DNA of 32,000 bases, from contig NZ_MU078694.1 in the NCBI RefSeq assembly GCF_014078525.1, positions 327,885 through 359,884 of the forward strand. Direction: 5' to 3'. The DNA comes from Nitrosopumilus sp. b3 (GTDB lineage: Archaea > Thermoproteota > Nitrososphaeria > Nitrososphaerales > Nitrosopumilaceae). The position numbers were made by a program, and so were the translations under genes. Under the pieces are notes generated by a model. That model had not been told where the DNA came from, ran no database searches, and saw nothing but the letters and a program-made list of their open reading frames with translations. Of this stretch, positions 26,453 to 32,000 are shown one piece after another (the first letter of the stretch is position 1; every line of letters begins with the position of its first letter).

Positions 26453-26701
26453 TTGGTCAGAACTAGAAGGGCCAACAGATATTGTGTTGATTGTGGCGCT
26501 AGACTAGTGTATTATCCAAGACTATCTAATCCAAAAGCGCCAAATGAACACAGAGTTCTAGTTTATGCATGTCCTGATTGTACTGATGATTTTGAAAAGC
26601 CCAAAATGTTTTCAATCAGACGTAATCAGGTAGAAGATCCCCTAGAAACAGTCGAGATAGAGATCACACAGATACAGAAAAAATCAATAGTGTCAAAATA
26701 A
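26453..26701 (+). CDS. Small zinc-ribbon protein
   Basis: CVDC...(24 aa)...CPDC four-Cys ribbon. TTG start preceded by an SD-like aGGGGGt 6 nt upstream. Confidence 0.55.
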   Translation: MVRTRRANRYCVDCGARLVYYPRLSNPKAPNEHRVLVYACPDCTDDFEKPKMFSIRRNQVEDPLETVEIEITQIQKKSIVSK

Positions 26702-26712
26702 TTTGAAAAAAT

Positions 26713-26940
26713 ATGGAGCATACAGAAAAACCCAGAAGTAATGCTTGGTTTTTGTTACCCGTATTTTTGGGGATAATTGGTGGAATAATTGCATTCTTTA
26801 TTTTACGGCAAGATGATCCTCGTAAAGCAAGAAACTGTTTGTATCTAGGTGTTGTTTTAATGATTATTGGAATTATATTCAATATTTTGGTGGCATCGTC
26901 AATTCCAGGCTTAGATTCAGGCTTTAATGTAAATGTCTAG
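26713..26940 (+). CDS. Small two-TM membrane protein
   Basis: Two hydrophobic helices, AWFLLPVFLGIIGGIIAFFIL and LYLGVVLMIIGIIFNILVA. ATG start 12 bp after the zinc-ribbon ORF. Confidence 0.6.
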   Translation: MEHTEKPRSNAWFLLPVFLGIIGGIIAFFILRQDDPRKARNCLYLGVVLMIIGIIFNILVASSIPGLDSGFNVNV

Positions 26941-26976
26941 TCTGAATTTTTCTTGTTTTACAAGTACAAGTTTTTA

Positions 26977-27004
26977 ATATTTCAAAACTCGAATTTAGAA
27001 ATAT
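26977..27004. repeat. 28-bp palindrome copy C (atatttcaaaa-CTCGAA-tttagaaatat), 1 arm mismatch
   Basis: Read directly from the sequence. Lies 36 bp after the stop of the 26713-26940 ORF and 65 bp before the 27070 ATG. Confidence 0.9.
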
Positions 27005-27069
27005 CAATAATTTAGAGACGTGATCAACAGGATTTAGAATCATATAGAACTAGTCCTGATTGTTTTTAC

Positions 27070-27519
27070 ATGAGTGCATCAAGACTAAGAGATAGTGTTG
27101 AAAGATGGTTAATACATGAAGGGCTTTCCTTTGAAGATGTAAAAAATCCAGAAAATACTTTTCAGATTTTAGTAAAGCATGCAGGTCAGACGGGCATTCC
27201 AATAGAGATATTTGAACCAAAAGGGCAACCAGGCATTCTAGTAATAGGGGCCAAAGTTGTAATGAAAAATAATCAAATTGTAAGGTATTTGGGATTTAAT
27301 CAACAAGAAAAAGAAAATTTTGAAAAAAAAGTTTCAGACTATTGCTACTCAATTCAAGCAATAAACAAAAACATTACAGAAGATGGAAAACAGAAGATTG
27401 GAGTATATGTTGTACTTGACGATAAAGAAAATATCAACCAACAAACAGTTTTTGATGCAATAGAAAGCGTATCGGAAAAACATGAAAAAACATCCAGATT
27501 TTTGTTAAAAACATTCTAA
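27070..27519 (+). CDS. Hypothetical cytoplasmic protein (possibly YbjN/DUF2299-like; weak recollection)
   Basis: 149-aa ATG ORF with a TATA-like TCATATAGA about 25-30 bp upstream. The family call rests on general pattern only. Confidence 0.55.
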   Translation: MSASRLRDSVERWLIHEGLSFEDVKNPENTFQILVKHAGQTGIPIEIFEPKGQPGILVIGAKVVMKNNQIVRYLGFNQQEKENFEKKVSDYCYSIQAINKNITEDGKQKIGVYVVLDDKENINQQTVFDAIESVSEKHEKTSRFLLKTF

Positions 27520-27521
27520 AA

Positions 27522-27731
27522 ATGGACGATTTATCAATTCTACGAGTACCTTATAACAAAAAATCAATATTCTATAATATGAAAAGTAAAACTTCAAAAT
27601 CAAAACCAAGAGAAGTAACACTATCTGCTGCTGAGCTGTCAAGATTTGGCATGGGGGTAATGAGTAAAGCACTCAAAGTTGTCAATACTGCCAAAAAAGG
27701 AAAAATCACAATCAGAGTAGAAAGAGTGTAA
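27522..27731 (+). CDS. Hypothetical small basic protein
   Basis: 69-aa ORF starting 2 bp after the preceding stop, with an internal Met at codon 20. Followed by a hairpin plus T7. Confidence 0.45.
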   Translation: MDDLSILRVPYNKKSIFYNMKSKTSKSKPREVTLSAAELSRFGMGVMSKALKVVNTAKKGKITIRVERV

Positions 27732-27753
27732 ATTCCAGGTTTTTGTCTTATGT

Positions 27754-27778
27754 AGGGGTAAAACATCCCCCTTTTTTT
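27754..27778 (+). terminator. Candidate terminator: AGGGG-8 nt loop-CCCCT hairpin running into T7
   Basis: aggggtaaaacatccccctttttt lies 23 bp after the 27731 stop. Archaeal termination typically uses oligo-T. Confidence 0.4.
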
Positions 27779-28236
27779 ACAAAAAATGTGTGTTCAAAAG
27801 TGCATCCATAGAGAATAAAATTAGAATTATTGAATATAGTATGTGAAAGAAATTGTTTTGCAGATTGGGGAAGATACAATAAAAGATTCATTTGATTCCA
27901 CAAATAATATTTTTGAAGAGTTTAGAATATTCTCATCAAGTTTATTTTTTCAAATAATGGATATTGTGACTCCGATGTTTCAAAATTTTGTAAAATAGGC
28001 AAATTAATGAAAATATGCCTAAATGTTAAACCCCCCCAAAAAAATTGTGTATTTACTCACAAGATGATTTTTCCAAAAACAGGCATTTAGAAGGGGGGTG
28101 TAACACTTGTGCCTAAATACAAAATGCAACCATAAAACCACCAAGCTCTCCCAGCTAAACATATCCAAACTATTGATGTTGTGCGTAAAAGCTAAACCCC
28201 CTAAAATTTATGAAAAAATAAAGAAAAAATGAGGAA

Positions 28237-28902
28237 TTAATTTCCTACATTTATCAAACAGAGATTTTCTAATGTACTGCCAGAAGCAACTGGTACGATT
28301 TCAAATGATACAATTGTTGGCACAATTGTTCCATCGCCCAATACATCAGTAGGTACATTTCCAACACGAATTTTCTTACCAGATTCTTTTACTGGATAAT
28401 CTGGAGAAACACCAGGTACACCACCATTAGTGGCAACTGAGCTTGCAACATCTACTTCCAATCCTTCAGTTAAACCGGTTGCAGTTTTACATGCATCAGT
28501 GTATGGCATTAAATCAAGAATATGTGCATGGAATTTTTTACCATCATTATCCCTTGTGAACTCTTCATCAAGTAATCCAACTGGATTTGGACATTTTTTG
28601 TCAGAAGCATCACCTTGGAAAGGACTATCTGAAGCACAAATGTGTGTAGTTAATGCTAACACATTGTTGACTCCGTCAGTCAAAAATCCATATCCATATG
28701 CCCCTTTTTCTTTAATTTTTCCTTCAGTTTTAATTTCTGCTTTAAGGAATGTACCATCATCATCAGTGTGGTAAGTTACTTTTGTTTCATCAATTTTGAG
28801 ATAATCAGGTTTGTCTTCATCAGCAGTAACATTTTGTGCAAATATCAAAGATATTGCAAAAATAGTTGCTATAGAGACTCCCAACAGGGTTGTTTTTGTC
28901 AT
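28237..28902 (-). CDS. Secreted hypothetical protein (four Cys)
   Basis: The ATG at 28902 gives the signal-peptide-like MTKTTLLGVSIATIFAISLIFAQNVTA, preceded by GGGGT 9 nt upstream. The 30 extra N-terminal codons in the ORF track are unlikely to be real. Confidence 0.65.
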   Translation of the reverse strand: MTKTTLLGVSIATIFAISLIFAQNVTADEDKPDYLKIDETKVTYHTDDDGTFLKAEIKTEGKIKEKGAYGYGFLTDGVNNVLALTTHICASDSPFQGDASDKKCPNPVGLLDEEFTRDNDGKKFHAHILDLMPYTDACKTATGLTEGLEVDVASSVATNGGVPGVSPDYPVKESGKKIRVGNVPTDVLGDGTIVPTIVSFEIVPVASGSTLENLCLINVGN

Positions 28903-29031
28903 TGGTACAAACCCCAAACAAGATAAATAAAAAATTAACTGAGAATAGTATGAAATTATGCTCTTTTTGTGAAAAATCCAAAACAAAATCACAAAGTTTT
29001 ACTCAAAACCCCTAGGTTTTCCGATCAAATC

Positions 29032-29568
29032 ATGCCAAAAAATAGGCGTTTCAACTATATACCAAAAAAAATCAGCAAATTCATGGCAGGATTGGGTGTA
29101 GTGATCGTTATTGGAGCCATCATAGCTTCAATGGTTGTTGCAAATTACATGTATGCGCAATATACCACAAACTACATCGAGGCAGTATCAGGAAAGCCAA
29201 TCATCGTTGGACCAGTAGAATATACCATAACATTTGAGGGAACACATGAGGGAAGTAAAGAAGTTGCACCAGAAAACACTTTTGTAACAATAGGAATCAC
29301 TGCAAAAAATATCAGTAATGAAAAAACAATCATTTCAGGTGGACAATTTTACATTGTTGATGAAAAAGAACAAAAACATGAAGCAGTGTTTGGAGAATTT
29401 TCATCAAAAGATTTGTTTCTAGAAACACTAGAGCCAAACAAACCAATAGAGAGAACAACACAGTTTGACATTCCATATGATGAAGAAAAAAAATATAAGA
29501 TAATTATTCGACCACAAAAAGATCAATCAACAGTTGATACAGCTGTTGTTTGCATAACAAATTGTTGA
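29032..29568 (+). CDS. Membrane-anchored extracytoplasmic beta-sandwich-like protein (DUF4352-like)
   Basis: The ATG at 29032 is preferred over the GTG at 28969. A TM helix (GLGVVIVIGAIIASMVVA) is followed by the pattern VTIGITAKNISNEKTIISGGQFYIVDEKEQKHE...LEPNKPIERTTQFDIP, typical of DUF4352 as I recall it. Confidence 0.55.
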   Translation: MPKNRRFNYIPKKISKFMAGLGVVIVIGAIIASMVVANYMYAQYTTNYIEAVSGKPIIVGPVEYTITFEGTHEGSKEVAPENTFVTIGITAKNISNEKTIISGGQFYIVDEKEQKHEAVFGEFSSKDLFLETLEPNKPIERTTQFDIPYDEEKKYKIIIRPQKDQSTVDTAVVCITNC

Positions 29569-29660
29569 TCGGAGAGCAAGAATTGTGTCAAATTTTTCTA
29601 TAGTCAGGGTAGTAATGTATGACTTTTACCATATAACACATATGATTTTTGCAAAAAGTT

Positions 29661-30053
29661 ATGGCAGTATCCAAAGCCAAAAGAGCCGAAGCAGCTAAAA
29701 AAGCAGCAAGAACTCGAAAGAGGAATGCAGCTAAAAAAGCAGCAGAGGCACTAAAAGCAGCAGCAGCTCGTAAGAGAAAGGCAGCAGCAACTCGAAGGAA
29801 GAACGCTGGCAAAGCAGCTCCTAAAAGAAAGGCAGCAAAACGCAGAGCAGCTCCAAAGAGAAAAACTGCAGCTAAAAAAGCAGCTCCAAAGAGAAAGGCA
29901 GCAAAACGCAGAGCAGCTCCAAAGAGAAAAACTGCAGCTAAAAAAGCAGCTCCAAAGAGAAAGGCAGCAAAGAGGAAAGCAGCACCAAAAAGAAAAGCTG
30001 CACCTAAACGCAGAGCCGCTCCAAAGAGAAAGGCAGCTAAACGTCGACGTTAA
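29661..30053 (+). CDS. Histone-H1-like Lys/Ala/Arg/Pro-rich low-complexity basic protein
   Basis: MAVSKAKRAEAAKKAARTRKR...(AAPKRKAAKRR / AAPKRKTAAKK)n...RRR. 130 aa from the ATG at 29661. Locally GC-rich because of Ala/Arg/Pro codons. Confidence 0.7.
   Translation: MAVSKAKRAEAAKKAARTRKRNAAKKAAEALKAAAARKRKAAATRRKNAGKAAPKRKAAKRRAAPKRKTAAKKAAPKRKAAKRRAAPKRKTAAKKAAPKRKAAKRKAAPKRKAAPKRRAAPKRKAAKRRR
29827..29971 (+). repeat. Perfect 66-bp (22-codon) tandem repeat, 2.2 copies
   Basis: 29827-29892 and 29893-29958 are identical base for base. A third copy matches for 13 nt and then diverges. Confidence 0.9.
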
Positions 30054-30098
30054 GCTGTCTATACTATCTTTTTTCTTATTTTACATGTTTAATTAATA

Positions 30099-30126
30099 AT
30101 ATTTCTAAACTCGAATTTAGAAATAT
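30099..30126. repeat. 28-bp palindrome copy D (atatttctaaa-CTCGAA-tttagaaatat), perfect arms
   Basis: Read directly from the sequence. Lies between two convergent stop codons, 45 bp after 30053 and 9 bp before 30136. Confidence 0.95.
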
Positions 30127-30135
30127 TTGAAATTG

Positions 30136-30543
30136 CTACTCATTCATCTTTAATTCAGGCAAAACAAAAACTTTGTTTGGTTTAATTTTGAGGATGACTC
30201 TTTTTTCATCATCACGTTTGAATGGATAGCGGTCCCGCCCCATGTATTGTTTGGTAAGTTTGTCTGCATGTTTGTATTCATAGTCTGGAATTAATTCCTC
30301 AACTGTTCCACGAATTGTTGTCATGTCTAGTGGGTTATCTTTTGATACAACAGAGACTGCAACTCGCGGATCACGTAATACATTTTTGTGTTTTATTCTG
30401 CCCTCTGCAGTATTTACAAGGACATACCCATTTTCAAAATTTGCCCACACAGGAGAGACTTGAGGAGAACCGTCCTTCATTACAGTTGCAATGAAAACAA
30501 GATTTTTCTCAGAAAACAACTGTACAACTTTTTCATCAATCAT
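30136..30543 (-). CDS. Pyridoxamine 5'-phosphate oxidase-family (split-barrel flavin/F420-binding) protein
   Basis: VFIATVMKDGSPQVSPVW...VLVNTAEGRIKHKNVLRDPRVAVSV is the characteristic PPOX-class N-terminal barrel pattern. Confidence 0.7.
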   Translation of the reverse strand: MIDEKVVQLFSEKNLVFIATVMKDGSPQVSPVWANFENGYVLVNTAEGRIKHKNVLRDPRVAVSVVSKDNPLDMTTIRGTVEELIPDYEYKHADKLTKQYMGRDRYPFKRDDEKRVILKIKPNKVFVLPELKMNE

Positions 30544-30692
30544 TTTTTCATTTCACCATAAATCCAAAGTAGTTTTTGTAACAGCCACAATTTGTTGTGT
30601 TTTTTATTGATTTTTCATGAAATTTATCAAAATCAGCAAATACATTTTTGATCGTATTTGGGGATTCAGGTAGATGAAAAATCAATTGCACA

Positions 30693-31193
30693 TTATTTTT
30701 TGTTGGATTTTTCAAGTACATTTGTCATCGCTCTATTCATAATTTCCATTACAAGATACTGTGAATAGTCTTCAGATTTTTTTCCTTTTGATTTTGTTTT
30801 TGGAGTTAGACTTTTGAGAATTTTTTCAATTTTTGTCGATGTGTTGTCAATGACTTTTGAGTATGTAGAGTCAAAATCATCAGGCGTTTGAAAATCCAAC
30901 AGTTTAGTTGACGTGCTGTAGTATTTTGTTATTGCACCACGAGATTCCTCAATTCGTGCAATTTCAATTAATCCAGATTCTTTTAGAATTTCCAAATGAT
31001 GACGCACGGTGGTCAAGGCTTTTTTGTATCCTGTCTTTTTCAGAGCAGTTGAAATTTGGTCTGCAGATAGTGCTTGATGATACAAAATTTCTACAATTTT
31101 TGCTCGTGCAGGGTCTTCAATTGCACGTGCGTGTCCAATACTTGTCGTAACAATACGATTAACTTTGATTTGCTTTTCTAGTAACGTTGACAT
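30693..31193 (-). CDS. ArsR-family winged-helix transcriptional regulator with a C-terminal extension
   Basis: AIEDPARAKIVEILYHQALSADQISTALK...TVRHHLEILKESGLIE is the ArsR/SmtB HTH_20 pattern. Confidence 0.75.
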   Translation of the reverse strand: MSTLLEKQIKVNRIVTTSIGHARAIEDPARAKIVEILYHQALSADQISTALKKTGYKKALTTVRHHLEILKESGLIEIARIEESRGAITKYYSTSTKLLDFQTPDDFDSTYSKVIDNTSTKIEKILKSLTPKTKSKGKKSEDYSQYLVMEIMNRAMTNVLEKSNKK

Positions 31194-31207
31194 ACAAAAT
31201 TACCTTC

Positions 31208-31240
31208 AAATCTGATCTAAAAGATCCTTGTATCAGATTT
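31208..31240. promoter_or_regulatory. 9-bp inverted repeat (aaatctgat-N15-atcagattt), candidate operator in the ArsR gene leader
   Basis: Read directly from the sequence. Lies 15-47 bp upstream of the ArsR ATG (31193), between an AT-rich TATA-like block and a GAAGGT SD-like element. Confidence 0.35.
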
Positions 31241-31522
31241 TTTTGTCTAATAGCATTAATTTTTGTTTACTTTAATCAATATTGTAATGCTATCAAAAAT
31301 AGCACTACCACTACAATATTTTATATAATGCAGTATAAAATAATGGTATCATTACTACCATTATAGTGTCGGTCGAATGATTATTGTAATGGTTTTAAAA
31401 TTTTAAAAAAATATTAAAAAAATAAAAATCTGGAAAACAATGTAGGAAAATAGCCATCAAGACATAATTTTGTGAATTACTAAAAATGCAATTCGAGTTG
31501 AAGGAAAGATATTATGCGTAGA

Positions 31523-31828
31523 TTAAGAGTTCAGTGAAGATACAATCTCTTGTTTAATATCTGGCAATCGTTCATTGAATACTTCAGAAATCAAACTCAT
31601 CATTTTAAAAGTTGATTCAGCATTATTTTCTTGCTCAGTATCAGTACGTTTGTTATTGAGATAATCAGTTGCTTTTGCAACAAAAGAGTGATACACCATT
31701 CCAAAAATACAATCATCCAGATCGACATCCCAATGTTCAGAGTTTACCATGTTGGTGTAAGAAGGGATTTGATTAATTACAATGTTCAGCAATGTTTCAA
31801 TTTCTTTTTTATCTTCTATCCCATCCAT
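31523..31828 (-). CDS. Hypothetical 101-aa acidic protein
   Basis: ATG ORF beginning 21 bp after the PurC stop on the same strand. No family recognised. Confidence 0.5.
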   Translation of the reverse strand: MDGIEDKKEIETLLNIVINQIPSYTNMVNSEHWDVDLDDCIFGMVYHSFVAKATDYLNNKRTDTEQENNAESTFKMMSLISEVFNERLPDIKQEIVSSLNS

Positions 31829-31849
31829 AGTCTATCAATTCATCAAGGG

Positions 31850-32000
31850 TTAAAGAGTATTTCCTGTTAGTTTTTTAAATGCTATCACATAGCGCTCAGT
31901 CATTTTCTTAATTATCTCATTTGGGATTTCAGGGGCAACAGGCTCCCGTCCTGCATCACGTTCATCATCAAATTGTTTTTGATATCCTTTATCCGTTAAC
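31850..32000 (-). CDS. purC: SAICAR synthetase C-terminus (partial; continues beyond the window)
   Basis: Hand translation gives ...LTDKGYQKQFDDERDAGREPVAPEIPNEIIKKMTERYVIAFKKLTGNTL*. It parallels the long-type PurC/Ade1 C-terminus (DKQF...P.DIV.RT..KYIEAYE.LTG). Confidence 0.55.
   Translation of the reverse strand, partial: LTDKGYQKQFDDERDAGREPVAPEIPNEIIKKMTERYVIAFKKLTGNTL

Noticed and set aside
26327-28001. Shared 11-mer TAAAATAGGCA at 26327 and 27991, and TGCCTAAAT / AGGCATTTAG repeats around 28016-28120.
   Set aside because: Matches of this length are expected many times by chance among all position pairs in 32 kb of AT-biased sequence. There is no consistent spacing or partner structure.
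28020-28160. 46-aa minus-strand ORF (MFSWESLVVLWLHF...GGFNI) spanning the G/C runs.
   Set aside because: No start context or SD, an odd composition, and it would run antisense through the better-supported SD-plus-TTG arrangement. It was kept only as part of the ncRNA/leader discussion.
28903-28992. N-terminal extensions in the ORF track: 30 extra codons on the secreted minus-strand gene, and a GTG at 28969 giving 21 extra codons on the DUF4352-like gene.
   Set aside because: Internal ATGs (28902 and 29032) give a clean signal peptide and TM anchor respectively. They also leave a sensible 129-bp divergent promoter region, whereas the extensions would overlap each other.
29588-29812. 74-aa minus-strand ORF (MPAFFLRVAAAFLL...).
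   Set aside because: It is the mirror frame of the Lys/Ala-rich repeat gene. GCN/AAR codons read as Phe/Leu/Ala-rich on the opposite strand, so it is a compositional artefact.
26272-30135. Classical tRNA-targeted integrative element with an integrase and a tRNA-3'-end direct repeat.
   Set aside because: No integrase- or recombinase-like ORF is present, and no second copy of the tRNA-Asn 3' segment (for example ttcaagtctggtgggaggc) is visible downstream.
24921-31870. Other shadow ORFs (24921-25118, 26664-26882, 27572-27766, 28430-28774, 30908-31150, 31631-31870).
   Set aside because: Each overlaps a better-supported gene on the other strand and shows no motifs.
1-32000. A scan for CRISPR arrays, rRNA genes, transposase/IS ends and known defence-gene signatures.
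   Set aside because: No regularly spaced direct repeats with unique spacers, no rRNA-like GC-rich blocks, no terminal inverted repeats flanking a transposase-like ORF, and no nuclease/ATPase pairs typical of defence systems were seen.

Overview
This is an AT-rich archaeal chromosomal segment. Gene content and order look like an ammonia-oxidising thaumarchaeon (Nitrosopumilus-like): an archaeal ribosomal-protein superoperon with eS4 and RNase P Rpp29, proteasome alpha, an ESCRT-III/CdvB homologue and a long-form HMG-CoA synthase. First genes lack an SD, while genes inside operons carry GGAGGT-type SDs. The taxon is inference only. All product calls come from motif recognition by eye, with no searches run.

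Layout:
- 1-5.2 kb: a 5'-truncated extracellular deacetylase-like gene with a perfect 107-bp in-frame duplication, an orphan REC-wHTH-4xCxxC response regulator, a secreted ORF, a DsbA-like oxidoreductase and HMG-CoA synthase.
- 5.2-6.3 kb: micro-ORFs, including an unlisted 40-aa classical C2H2 zinc finger.
- 6.3-11.9 kb: a GltPh-like transporter and bioD, divergent from bioA-bioB-bioF.
- 12.0-13.9 kb: CcdA plus a DipZ-like thioredoxin.
- 14-17.9 kb: a CdvB paralogue, DUF371, proteasome alpha and a SPOUT methyltransferase.
- 18.07-25.8 kb: r-protein operon uL3 to uL6, with no uL2. The 59-aa uS14 is absent from the ORF track.
- 26.2 kb: tRNA-Asn(GTT).
- 26.3-30.1 kb: an accessory-looking stretch of short unrecognisable genes.
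- 30.1-32 kb: PPOX-family protein, an ArsR regulator, a small ORF and the PurC 3' end.

The most unusual signal is a 28-bp 11-6-11 palindrome (ATATTTCTAAA-YTCGAR-TTTAGAAATAT). It occurs four times, only between 26.28 and 30.13 kb, always intergenic, starting 5 bp after the tRNA. It partitions integrase-less gene cassettes.

Other items worth a look are a 505-bp ORF-poor region with G/C runs that could sequester an SD, and a histone-H1-like Lys/Ala/Pro-rich protein with perfect 66-bp repeats. No CRISPR array, rRNA, integrase or transposase was seen.
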